From Salisapilia sapeloensis CBS 127946 (taxonomy: Eukaryota > Protista > Oomycota): a stretch of 40,060 nt of DNA. Both the position numbers and the translations under genes were made by a program. Below, in pieces: positions 29,721 to 40,060 of this stretch (positions are counted from its first letter, which is position 1; each line of letters opens with the position of its first letter). The notes beneath the pieces are model-generated. The model ran no database searches. It was not told the DNA's origin and was given only the letters and a program-made list of their open reading frames with translations. The stretch is from the NCBI GenBank assembly GCA_023334545.1, contig JAADVB010000175.1, forward strand, positions 1 to 40,060, given 5' to 3'.

Positions 29721-30212
29721 TCAGTCGTCGTACGAAGGAACTTGGCTGTAGTCATATCCGCGCCACCCCTTGTAGCTACCGTACAGCTGGACTGTTGCGT
29801 AGCTTCCTGGGACGAAAGCTGCAGTTCACAAGTAGGTTTAGTCAGAGTATAGTTCTAGTCTGAGGAGTGTAGATACGCACTGACGAGGCCGAGGATAAAG
29901 AGGGAGAGTCCGCGTCGGTCTTCGTCCAGACCGATGACGGTGCTGGCGTAGATGAGGAGGGATCCGACAGTGAAGAGGCCCAGTGCAGCCAAACCTGTGC
30001 GAATAGGAAACCGACGTTTCCGTCGAGCGCAGTACGAGTTCTATGGTATCATCTGTGTTGGCACAATGACCAGTGCTTGTATATTTTTAAGATGCACGTA
30101 CGCTTTCAGCGTATGACAACTCGTTCGTTGCTTTGCTGATGGAGTCGAATTTGGTCTGACGGAAGCGCAGAGGCTCCTCCTGCCGGACTTCGTGCGTCGC
30201 GTCCGTTGCCAT
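29721..30212 (-). CDS. TMEM230: TMEM230/DUF872-family membrane protein, 3 exons (introns 30041-30101, 29819-29880)
   Basis: Hand-spliced, frame-preserving product ending FPIRTGLAALGLFTVGSLL..LFILGLVTFVPGSYATVQLYGSYKGWRGYDYSQVPSYDD*. Confidence 0.87.
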
Positions 30213-30300
30213 GAGGTTGTTCGGTGTCTCTTTGAGCTAAGTATCTTTGTACAACCTCCGTGCAACCTTCAGACAACGAATAGCGGACACTAGTGGGAAA

Positions 30301-31189
30301 ATGGGGAGTCATGCCAACGGACGGACGGAAATATGCGTGAACTGTGGCGAGGACGTTCCGATGCTGATTCGAGACTACGGCAAAGGGAACTTACGACTGG
30401 CAGTATGCGATTCTTGCGGTGGAGTTGCCGACAAGTACGTAGAGTATGAAACGATCTTGCAATTCCTGGATGTCATGCTCTTCCGACCTCGAGTATATCG
30501 TCATCTTTTGTTCAATCGATCAAACCCTATTGACATGGTACCAGTCTCATTGCAATGACTTTATCCTGTTGAGGCGAGTTCGGTTATATTGATTTTAATT
30601 CTTGTAGGCGACTGTCGTCAAAATGCTCTGTTTGCTGGTGCTGCTAGATACGAACGTCAAGGCATACTTGGTCGACAGCAATGTTGGCTACCATCATCTT
30701 CCTAGGGTTGCGACGCCTCTGACTGCTTGTAGCTTTCTCCAACTAGGCAACTTTTCATTGTGGCTCGTTCTTTTGTCGTTGATGGAAAACGCGGCGTATA
30801 TTGCAACTGTCCTTGTTCTTGTGAGGTCAGATCCTTTTCGAAGAGGTTGGGACGAGCGTCTTCGCATTAGCACAGCCGGAGCATGCAGTTTAAACTATGC
30901 CTTCTTTCAACAAATTGCCACAGTCTTGTGCGTTGGCAGTTTCGGCAAGTTCTTTGCATTGCTGACTGTCATCTGGGAGTACCACTGGTCCTGCTTCCAT
31001 GTCATAGCTGCAGTCGTGTCAGTTTCACATGCGCTGTCGCTGCGAATATACTTGAGAGAAGGTGAAGATAGCGTCGGTGGTCGACTTTCCGTTCTGACGA
31101 TCGTGCTGCTTAGCCTAGGTATACGATTTATGACGCAGCTAGTATTCTACCAACTCGGATGGTCCCCTCTCTTCTACGTTGTCGCTTAA
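30301..31189 (+). CDS. ARV1: ARV1-family ER lipid/sterol homeostasis protein (intron 30538-30607)
   Basis: Zinc motif CVNCG..CDSCGGVADKYVEYE, then LDVMLFRPRVYRHLLFN and TM segments. Confidence 0.92.
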
Positions 31190-31277
31190 TCCAAACAATT
31201 AGACCTTGTGTGCTTTGTAGCTATTATTAGCCCTTCGTACCTGGTTCAAGCGTTGCTTGTACAACAGACCTAGTAAC

Positions 31278-32093
31278 ATGAATAATGTGGAGCTACCGCT
31301 CGTGCCATCGGCTAGGTCGAGAGGGTCGTCGGCAAACTCGGAGGCTAGTAGCTATTACTTTACCTCCGAAGAGCCAGAGCATTTAAGCGAAGAGAACCAA
31401 GGGGAGCAAGACGAGAAGGCTCCTTTGTGGGAAGAAGTCGAAACTTTTTTGAATAAACCATCGCCAAGTCTCACCAGTCTTGGTGTCGATGACAAAGATG
31501 ACAAGCACGAGCACAAAGTTGTACTGCCGCACCTGAAATCCTCCGTACGATCCAGTGGAAACGCAGGGAAGGGAAGGAAGCCTATCGGGAGACATCCTAA
31601 GGCAGGTGTGAAAGAGATCGACCCTCAACTGCTGCAGCAGGCGTTTGCCTATGCGGATCAAATCCAGCACCTTAACTTTGACGACTTCAGTCCTCGAGAA
31701 GAAACCAAGCCAGGTCGAGGGGCGAGTGGAGTCCAGGCTAAATCGACAAAGTCAGAGCATCCGGCTGTACCTCGAGCACCTCGTGATGAGAGTCGAAAGA
31801 CTGTGAGCCGAAAAGCAAGTGCGTACTCTTCGTCCGTTCGACCGACGGCGAACAATGCCAAGACTCGGAGGGCTGGCAAGGGTAAAGATAACGGTCCGCG
31901 ATGGGGGGAAGTGGAGGGTAAAAACGGTGCTGGAATGGACACTGATACGATGCAGGAGCTCATACATACGCTAGAGACTGGTGCTGCTGTGAGTGAACTG
32001 CGAGCACAGCTGGAACAGTCAAAGCAAAGTCTAGAGGCGTCTCGGTGCGTACTTCAGACCGCCGCCCAGACGTTTTACACCAAGAAAGAGTGA
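31278..32093 (+). CDS. Hypothetical protein with C-terminal coiled coil
   Basis: Open frame of about 271 aa with EIDPQLLQQAFAY and ELRAQLEQSKQSLEASR; no family recognised. Confidence 0.7.
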   Translation: MNNVELPLVPSARSRGSSANSEASSYYFTSEEPEHLSEENQGEQDEKAPLWEEVETFLNKPSPSLTSLGVDDKDDKHEHKVVLPHLKSSVRSSGNAGKGRKPIGRHPKAGVKEIDPQLLQQAFAYADQIQHLNFDDFSPREETKPGRGASGVQAKSTKSEHPAVPRAPRDESRKTVSRKASAYSSSVRPTANNAKTRRAGKGKDNGPRWGEVEGKNGAGMDTDTMQELIHTLETGAAVSELRAQLEQSKQSLEASRCVLQTAAQTFYTKKE

Positions 32094-32128
32094 ACAAATA
32101 TGAAACTTTACTTTTTTATCTTCCACAG

Positions 32129-32860
32129 CTAACTCGATAGCGCACAAGCGTTGATGAGATGGTCCTCTGCTTCTGAAAGGTCTGTGGCGACCTTTTCTAG
32201 TCGAGAAATCTCCTCTAGAGCTGCCTTTCGTTTGCTCTCCACGTTGCTCTGCAATTCGGCATTCCGCTTTTGCAGAAGTTCAACCTGTTCCTGCAGTTGC
32301 AGACGCTCTTCGTCTAGTACCTGCAGCCGGCTAGAGCGAATGAGTGAGTCTTCATCGCCCATGTCGACGTCCTCGTCCTCTTGCGTGTACTGCTCCATAC
32401 TAGAATGTCGTACGTATGATCAGATTGGTAAATTACAAATCAACAGTGATGAACGTACTTGTTGCGATGGGCGATTTGACGGATCTTTGTCAATTCGGCC
32501 TCTCGAATGCATCGCTCAAGCTCGAGTAAGCTCTGCCGAACATTGTGCTTATCCAGCAAGTAGTCGAATTGGATCTACCGAATACCTTCATAAGCCTCCG
32601 TACATTAACTGCGTGTTTGTGGGTAGTACCTCTAGCTTCTGACGGAGGTGGTAGAGGGACTGGGAAGACAGCTCGGACGGACTTTGGAACTTGGCTTGGA
32701 ATAGCTCCTGCATCATCTCAGGATCATCTTTACAGGCCTGCTCGAAGAACTTTCGAAGGTCGATGGCCATTGCGGATCCTACTGCGACCGTAAGTGCCTT
32801 CGTGAGCACTCTCTGCGTCCGCTGCGCTCGCATCGACCGATTCGTCGGTACTTCGTCCAT
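32129..32860 (-). CDS. Nnf1/PMF1-like kinetochore (MIS12 complex) subunit, 3 exons
   Basis: Spliced RAQRTQRVLTKAL..KLE|IQFDYLLDKHNVRQSLLELERCIREA..RNN|MEQ..LQEQVELLQKRNAELQ; helical N-terminus plus coiled coil as in Nnf1. Family call is by pattern only. Confidence 0.6.
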
Positions 32861-32958
32861 CTTCGTGTATGGACTTGGTACATTGGTCGTTTCGAACAAT
32901 TAACTGGTGCGCGTTGAAAGGTGTTTGTTACAAACATAATCGCAATCGGATACAGATC

Positions 32959-35900
32959 ATGTCGGACATGGAGGAGATCGTGGTGCAGCTAGAGGCACTG
33001 CGGACAGAAGGCAACGACCACTTCAAAGCTAAACAGTATGGAGATGCAGTAGGAACGTACACGCGTGCACTCAATCTGCTACCGTCGACGGTGGAGGATG
33101 CAAAAGCGAAGGAACAACAAGTGCTTTTATTGTCAAATCGAGCAGCATGTCTGCTGCAGCTAAACAAGTACACGCAGGCTCATGAGGACTGCACCAAGGC
33201 TCTAGATCTCGATTCTTCCAATAGTAAAGCTCGATATCGTCGAGCACAGGCGTCGTTCGGACTGAACGATTTGACTCCTGCCTTTCAGGACGTACGTCAG
33301 GTGCTGCAGCAGACGCCTAACAACAAGTCCGCTTTGACTTTGGCACAGTCCATTAAAGAGAAAGCACAGGAAGATGTCCATGGCATTCGAAAGGCGCTGG
33401 ATTGTATCTCCCATACGCTTCTGAGCGAAGGCCAGGCAGCTGAGGGGGCTGAGAAGGACCCAAAGGAAGCGCTGCAGTTTCTCGCAGGGAAGTGTGCTTC
33501 AGATACAGCTACGATGTGCAGAGATTTGGAGCTGAAGGGGGGAGTGCCAGTCTTGTGGCGAGTGGTGAAAAAGTTATTGGAGACAGATCAAACGGAGATG
33601 CTGCAGCACGCAGCTGGGACGTTGGCGGTAGTGGCATCTGCATCCTCTCTTTTGGCGCAGAAAGTATATGAAACAGGGCTGCCGAGTGGAGGACTGCAAG
33701 CTCTGTTGGAGCACTTGCACTCGACAATCGCGTCCGAGTATAGTGGGAAGAAGCAGTCGTTGGACAATGGACAGGTGGCGTGCATGAAGTCTATTGTGAA
33801 GCTAGCTGCTTTTCTGTTCTCCCACCTCTTGATGGCCCAAGTGGACGGCAGTCAGCTGGATGTGCGTCGTAGCTGTACAGCACTTATGGACGGACTCCGA
33901 TCACGCTCACTCGAGCTCCGACTTTGCTCCTTGGATGGCTTCCTCCACTTGTTGTCGATGCTGCAAAAGTCGGATGTGGCACTCATCCAGCAAAAGTGTT
34001 CTACACTCATGCAGGAGCTCGGCATCTTTCAATTGCTGCACGCGACGGCATGTGACACCCTCCAGCAAAAGGCGTGGGAGCTGACAGAGCACGCACATTT
34101 GGTATCGACTGCCGAGACGCTGCTGAGTCGCCTTCCGCTCGTGTTTACTCAGTGTTTGTCTCTGTTCGAGAGTGATGAGAGTACACTGCAGAACGTTGCA
34201 CTCTCCTTTTGCATCGCCCCAGTGGTATCGACCAAACTAGACAAGGTGTCGATGGAGGAAGAGGGGGAGAAGAAGGTGAGTCTCCTTCTCCCAGGTGCTG
34301 CGAGCTGCCTGCTCTTGTCTTGTCTGTTTCTCCAGAACTCCAAGCTGGCAGTGTGGAGCGTCAAACAGGAGAAGGCTTCTGGCTTCTTGTCCCAGCTGTG
34401 CGGTATGCTGGAGCTGAGCAACAGGTCGCTTCTGTTGAACAAGCAGGTGACGAGAGAGTTGCAGGAGCTGTGGGTGGACTGCGTCGCCAGCGTCTGCGGA
34501 TCCAAGGAAGGCGTGGAGCTCCTGCCTCCGCCTTTGGTGTCGGAAGTAGTGAAGATCTCTGAGACAGAGATGGACGTGAAGAGTCATGACGATCTGCTCC
34601 TGCGAGCGAGCGCGTTGAGCGTGCGTGTGAAGATGACGATCATGCAGCAGCAGCTGGAGGACTTTGGCAGTGGAGAAGGAAAGGTCTTAGTGGACAAAGT
34701 GGTGCAGGTGCTCGTCCAGAGTCATGCGAGTGAGATGAGAGATCAGGAGCAGCAGCTGTACTGGAGTGGTTCGGCTCCGAAAGAGAGAGCGGTGGAGGCT
34801 CTGTCGTACTTGATTACCCAGACGCAGGTGAAGGACAGCTTTGTAAAGGAGAGGGAGGCCGTCGCGAGTGTCTTCAACATGATCCTGCCGTCGAATGAGA
34901 AAAAGCATGGCGTCGGGTATCGCTCGAACGTCTACTTTGGTGTCTTGTACATTCTGCTGCATTTGGTAACGTCCGAGTCGGCGCTCAAGAAGAAGCAGAT
35001 GGAGGGGATGGAGCTGTCTGCTGACCAGTACGAAGAGCTGCAGAAAGCTCTAAAGCAAAAGTCTGCATTGGAAGATGGCGACTCGAAAGACCAGATCAAA
35101 CGACGAGTGGCCTGTTTGATGCAAGAGGAAAAGGTCTGGACGACTCTAGTCTCGTTGATCAAGTGGGGAACAAAGCAGTCGTCCAACGTCGTCGACATGG
35201 GGCTCCAAGCAGCCTTCTACCTCGCTGACCAGGCCAAGGTGCGTGGACGCATGGTCCAGACAGGCGTCTTACAGGCTCTCCTTCCTCTATCGTTCCTCCA
35301 GGACGCGCAGAAGAAGATGTCGGACAAGGCGCAGATGGCAGCCCACACCATGAGCAAGATCCTAGTGACGACGAACCCCAACATGATTGGTGAGAACGTC
35401 TTGCTGTCGTTCCTCAAGCCGCTGCTGGATCTCTGCAAGCAGTCGACATCTCAGTTGGCGCAATTCGAGGCTCTTTTGGCCCTAACGAACGTCTTGAGTG
35501 TGTCTGATTCGACCAAGAAGCGAGTGTTGCAAGAGCCACAAGGACTCCACACCCTAGAGTACCTTCAGTTTAGTGACCACGAACTAGTCCGTCGAGCTGC
35601 CACCGAGAGCCTGACGAATCTCTTACCGAGCGACGAAATCATCGAAAAGGTTTTTCTGAACGGAGACAAGGTGAAGTTGTGGGTGGCGCTCAGCTCTCTC
35701 GTTGAGAGTGAGCGAGACGAAAAGACGAGTGAAGCAGCCCTTGGTGCGCTCGCGATGGTGTCTCAAGTGCCTGCCGCAGCCTATGTTATGATCAAGAAGG
35801 ACGGTGTCGACACGTTCGCAGAAGTGGTGGAGGGAGGAGAGAATGAAGACTTGGTCGTGCGAGCTATTGTGGCCTTGCAAAATATCGTGCAATTGGTCCA

Positions 35901-36099
35901 GAACACACCTCGAAAGGAAGAAGTCGAGTCAGTCGTGTCGAATGTCGACATTGGAGACATCCAAGCAGAAGTGGAGGAAGTGAGGAAACAGATGAAAGAC
36001 AGGAATGGACTGAAAGCTGCATTAAAAAGGTGGGGCGGCAAGGAAGGGATGGTGAAGGGCGCTGCGGCGGAGCTGCTCCAGACGATGCAACAGCTTTGA
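32959..36099 (+). CDS. UNC45: UNC-45 myosin chaperone (TPR plus central plus UCS domain)
   Basis: TPR (LRTEGNDHFK..LLSNRAACLLQL..KARYRRAQA); UCS motifs RGRMVQTG, FEALLALTNV, LVRRAATESLTNL. Confidence 0.92.
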   Translation: MSDMEEIVVQLEALRTEGNDHFKAKQYGDAVGTYTRALNLLPSTVEDAKAKEQQVLLLSNRAACLLQLNKYTQAHEDCTKALDLDSSNSKARYRRAQASFGLNDLTPAFQDVRQVLQQTPNNKSALTLAQSIKEKAQEDVHGIRKALDCISHTLLSEGQAAEGAEKDPKEALQFLAGKCASDTATMCRDLELKGGVPVLWRVVKKLLETDQTEMLQHAAGTLAVVASASSLLAQKVYETGLPSGGLQALLEHLHSTIASEYSGKKQSLDNGQVACMKSIVKLAAFLFSHLLMAQVDGSQLDVRRSCTALMDGLRSRSLELRLCSLDGFLHLLSMLQKSDVALIQQKCSTLMQELGIFQLLHATACDTLQQKAWELTEHAHLVSTAETLLSRLPLVFTQCLSLFESDESTLQNVALSFCIAPVVSTKLDKVSMEEEGEKKVSLLLPGAASCLLLSCLFLQNSKLAVWSVKQEKASGFLSQLCGMLELSNRSLLLNKQVTRELQELWVDCVASVCGSKEGVELLPPPLVSEVVKISETEMDVKSHDDLLLRASALSVRVKMTIMQQQLEDFGSGEGKVLVDKVVQVLVQSHASEMRDQEQQLYWSGSAPKERAVEALSYLITQTQVKDSFVKEREAVASVFNMILPSNEKKHGVGYRSNVYFGVLYILLHLVTSESALKKKQMEGMELSADQYEELQKALKQKSALEDGDSKDQIKRRVACLMQEEKVWTTLVSLIKWGTKQSSNVVDMGLQAAFYLADQAKVRGRMVQTGVLQALLPLSFLQDAQKKMSDKAQMAAHTMSKILVTTNPNMIGENVLLSFLKPLLDLCKQSTSQLAQFEALLALTNVLSVSDSTKKRVLQEPQGLHTLEYLQFSDHELVRRAATESLTNLLPSDEIIEKVFLNGDKVKLWVALSSLVESERDEKTSEAALGALAMVSQVPAAAYVMIKKDGVDTFAEVVEGGENEDLVVRAIVALQNIVQLVQNTPRKEEVESVVSNVDIGDIQAEVEEVRKQMKDRNGLKAALKRWGGKEGMVKGAAAELLQTMQQL

Positions 36100-37582
36100 G
36101 CTTGGTTGCTTGTCAGACCTCGGAGATGAATGTGTTTTGAAAATCTAGCAATTCATACGTTTTCATTTCTACCTTTTATCTGTTGTTTCATCCAGCCTAG
36201 ATTTGTCTGTTAGTGGTTACGTTGTATTGAAGTACGGGGTTTGGTTTTGTGAAAGAGTAGGAGCAAGCGCGGATCATTCATAACAGTTTTCTAAGATTCA
36301 CTAAATTCTTATGCTGCCGAGACAAAGCGACAATACTTGGCCTAGACTTGGTGATTTACTTTTGATCTTATGCAGGCAAGTTAAAATCAGCGGTGATATC
36401 AAAGCATAGAGCTACCCACTGCCTGTTTCGTAGAGTATCTATGCAGCATGGCTGCAGAATGTCAAGTAAATACTTGGTGGAGACATTTCCTATCGCTGTC
36501 AAATGATGACGTACATTGGCTGATCTGCTCTGGAACGCTAGATTGTCCTTAAGCAGACATGGCGGAAGCAGGCTTTCCAAAGATCGGATGACGCAATTTC
36601 CATCGAAGGAAAAATTGAGGTAGCATCTAAGCTAAGTTGAAGTTATGGTGGTCTTTCCATATCCGACGCAGCTTGTGCTAGCACACCCAGCAATATCCAA
36701 AGCGATAGAATATGTCGCTCGCAAAGACCATTTACGGCTTGGCTAGGAATCTAGACTAGTACAATGAAGCCTCGCGTCCAAGAGACTTTAATTTACATGC
36801 AATTGATGTTCCTACTGGTGGGAATCTACCAGTGGGAGTGCACAAAGAAGATGGATCGCTATCGGAGAAAGCGGTACACATACTTTGATATTTCAATTGT
36901 GTACGCTCAGGCTATCTTTCATTCTGACGATCTAGAATGCTAGCAAAGGTACCACAAAGCACCAACTGTTCGATTGAAGCATGACGGCGAATGTGGCACG
37001 GTTGCTTAGCAAATAGCACACAAGGCAGGATGATGACGCTTCATGTGTATGGCAAGTTCACGCGAAGATTTGGGAGATTACATGTTGGCTACTTTGTACG
37101 AATTTATTCTAGTCTGCGCCAATGCAGAGATACTCCAGATCTTTTTAATTATATCAAAAACGAGTGCGCACGCGCCATTCGTAGTGCACTCCTGGCACTT
37201 ACACAAGCGTTTCGTTGCTTAAAATACTGTATCATGTCTAGTTACCTGTCACATACATTTTTTCATAGTCGCACGCATTCTTCGGCCAACGACTTATTTA
37301 TCAATCTGCTCGGCTCCACGGAGAAACGACGGCGACACGCTCCTTTCATCGCGCTACAGGGAAGTCCATCGGACGACAGCTACCCCCTTATTGAAGAGGA
37401 TAAGAGGATCGGGCAAAAATGTCCTCATTCACCAACACAGATGATGCCCATGGTGCTTCCACTGTCCACGCCCGAGATGGTCGTGCATTTCATTCTTACA
37501 TCCACCACACTATTGCTCACTTGCTTCCCTCCGGACAGACGTCTTCGAGCTGCGGAGTCTCTTGTCAGAGCAGAGGCACTTG

Positions 37583-38665
37583 ATGTCAGAGCTAGCACCA
37601 ACTACCAACGCTTTCCTTGAAAAGGTTTGATATGTTGTGCAACGTCTACTGAACGAGCTACAAGTGTAAACATTTGCTCCTGCGTAGGTGAAGAAGCTGA
37701 GTAAGCCAACAGACTACTACGGACACAAACGATCAGGGTTCTGTGTCGAATACAGGGAATTGACCATCCGAGTCGACAGCAGCGACTGGTTCCTCTCTGC
37801 CATCGAGCCCCAAAACGAGCGGACGAAGATGAAAAACCGATACCAGGACGTCCTTCCGTTCGCCCACTCTCTCGTCCCACTGTACAAGTCTCGAAAGTCG
37901 GCCCACAGTTCGTACATCAATGCGAACTATGTCGGGTACGAAGGAGGCGTCTCTCCGTCCGACGCAGTGTACATTGCCTGCAGTGCCCCCATTCCTGCAG
38001 TAATGGAGGACTTTTGGCTGATGGTATGGCAACAGGAGGTGCACGTGATCTTGATGCTGACAAACTTTGTCGAGGGCGAGCGGCAGAAGGCAGATCAGTA
38101 CTGGGACGCACACGAAAGAACCAAGTTTCACAACATAGCTGTGATGTTGCTGGATGAAGAGCAGCGGGAAGAAGGCTTCACCGTGCGCCGTTTTCTACTG
38201 CGCAATCGGAAGCTCGGGGAAGAGCGACGAGTGGAGCATGTGCAGCTGACGTCATGGCCAGACCACGGGGCGTTGACAGACTTTCGTGTGGTGGCACCAA
38301 TGTTGGACCGAGTAAATTTGAGGAAAACAGAAGCGGATGTCTTGACGAACAAGAGGACGAGAGTTGTAGTGCACTGCAGCGCCGGTATCGGACGATCTGG
38401 CACGTTTATAACGATCGATCTGCTCTTAAAAAAGCTGCGAACAGCTTTGAAGACTGCGGATAAGAACCTGCTCGATGAAGCCCTGAATGTGGAGCTCTTG
38501 GTGGAAAGACTCCGGACGCAGCGTCCTGGGATGGTGCAGACGCATGTATGATTATATATCGATGATCTCGATGTGGATGGTACTAACGAGATGTGAGTGT
38601 AGGAGCAATATGAGATGATCTATCGATATCTATCGGCCGTACTGTCCGAGTCGCAGCCGTGGTGA
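37583..38665 (+). CDS. Classical (pTyr-specific) protein tyrosine phosphatase; introns 37625-37687 and 38546-38602; 5' end uncertain
   Basis: KNRYQDVLP, YINANY, DFWLMVW, WPDHG, VHCSAGIGRSG, MVQTH|EQY. Confidence 0.9.
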
Positions 38666-38763
38666 ACAAGTAGATGGGAGGAGGAAGAGGTGTTGGGAGG
38701 GGGAATGGAGGAGATGTTTTCATTTGAAGAAGAAGGGTTATGCAATTTAATGTACTGTGGAAC

Positions 38764-39243
38764 TTATTTCTGATCCTCGAACGGAGACAGAGCGAGCACA
38801 CGCTGTTCAAACTCCATTGCCTGTTCTTCCGCTAGTTCTCTTTCCATTCGGTCTGTATGGTACATTCGGAAAGCGTAGTCGGCAGAAAAGATCAGGGCAC
38901 CGTAGCCGGTGGCAGCAAGCGCCATGACGCGAGGCCCGCTCATAAAGTGAACGGCGCCAGCGAAAAGCGGCAGTGCAACGAGAATGCTATTACGCGTATG
39001 GTCACCGCGCACGGCTGACACTGCCGTAACGGATGTCTTCATGCCGACCATGCCGACAGCAACAGCGCCCACGACGATCGGCGCGGCTCTTCGTGTCCGC
39101 ACAAGTGCTTGTCGAAGCTGATGAGGTGCAGGTGCGACCAAGTATTCTCTGGCAAAGTAGCCACAGGAGCACAGAGCAGACATGGCTACTAGCGTGCTAG
39201 CATCTTCCTGGATAAATCTTTGCCATTTGTCGTATATAGTCAT
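38764..39243 (-). CDS. Divergent Tim17/Tim22/Tim23-family membrane protein (159 aa from ATG 39243)
   Basis: Gly/Ala-rich TM segments; NSIL and GPR motifs align by eye with the Tim17 encoded at 8569-9051. Confidence 0.65.
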   Translation of the reverse strand: MTIYDKWQRFIQEDASTLVAMSALCSCGYFAREYLVAPAPHQLRQALVRTRRAAPIVVGAVAVGMVGMKTSVTAVSAVRGDHTRNSILVALPLFAGAVHFMSGPRVMALAATGYGALIFSADYAFRMYHTDRMERELAEEQAMEFEQRVLALSPFEDQK

Positions 39244-40060
39244 GCCGCTGACGGGAGGAAAAGAGACTGAATGTCCTGTTAAGTGAGCGCTTGGTCGTGG
39301 TCGTTTAACAGCCCATACAAATATCAAGTATAACAGATGACAAAAGGTTACCATGATTTTCTCACGGTTGTCAAAAATGCATGCGGTATAAAGTGCACTA
39401 TACTTAAAAGGGTAAGTAATTGACAAAAAGTGACTACACTGCCCTCCACTTAATCTCGGACGCTTCTACTTTTGCGCGTATCTGCATCAATTTTACATTT
39501 TGATCGCGAAACTTGAGCATATACTGCATTTTATCATTTAAAGGTCTAGGGTTTTTCTACTAACAAGCACAAAGTCGATCTTCATCGAAGCTTTAAGCGA
39601 TGATCTAAACTTTGGTTTTCGGGCACCTAGGTAGCATAATATAGCCAAGTCGAAACTTTGCCATTTTGCAAATAAAGTTATATTGCATACCAAAAAGAAG
39701 TTATTTTGCAATAGACCCCAAATGCAATTACAAGTATGCAACGCAAGAACAAGCATGAATGGCATATAAATAGGTATATTTCGAATAGCAGTTTGTTAGT
39801 ACACTGAAAAGTTATTCGTGCGCAGGAAACTTGTATCTGATATTTACTTAGCTTTTAGAAGTACAGAGTTAATAATATTCTTGAGTTAAAATCTTCATAG
39901 AAACTCGTAGTTGAGACGAAAGTGTTAGCTGGCTAAGCCAGGCAGCAGAGCTGCCATATCATACCCGGTGTGAGCAAGTCAACCCGCCTACTTCTATTGA
40001 CCGCATATTGACAGCACGAATTTGATCCTGAAAAGCAGCTTTTTTATTCGAAACGTGCAA

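Noticed and set aside
36991-37620. 209-aa plus-strand ORF
   Set aside because: Non-ATG start and intron-like composition in parts; its 3' part is better explained by PTP exons in other frames.
39929-39955. Two adjacent 6-bp hairpins (CTGGCT-A-AGCCAG, GGCAGC-AGA-GCTGCC) near the window end
   Set aside because: Stems of this length are expected by chance; no tRNA, snRNA or Helitron end pattern recognised.
1-40060. Prokaryotic systems (CRISPR, operons, defence islands), rRNA/tRNA and transposases
   Set aside because: The sequence is intron-containing eukaryotic DNA; no repeat-spacer array, RNA gene signature or transposase/RT motif was seen.

Overview
A very gene-dense eukaryotic window: about 37 protein-coding genes in 40 kb, with short GT-AG introns mostly 50-70 nt. 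An oomycete or close stramenopile is inferred from Inr/FPR-like core promoters, the gene families present and a TTLL3-type glycylase suggesting flagellate stages; taxonomy was not checked by any search. Most genes are housekeeping: RAB11, RPB8, PET100, NPSN-type SNARE, TIM17, TXNDC9, PSMB1, UBC9, Tctex-1, RBM39, RPC17, QCR9, HisIE, TMEM230, ARV1, NNF1-like, UNC45 and a classical PTP. They are packed head-to-head (start codons 88-189 bp apart) and tail-to-tail (stops often 35-43 bp apart). Several genes are absent or fragmentary in the ORF track and were rebuilt by hand from splice sites (PET100, TMEM230, a 73-aa two-TM microprotein, a PEX26/APEM9-like tail-anchored protein). A looser islet at about 23.8-28.4 kb holds two tandem GSTs (one with a degenerate glutathione site) and a GPI-type alpha carbonic anhydrase. 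It also carries a shared TGACGCAAT motif upstream of both GSTs and a perfect 22-bp palindrome. No rRNA, tRNA, CRISPR array or transposase was recognised. No single novel multi-gene system is demonstrable; the best leads are listed as findings. All family assignments come from motif recall, not database searches.
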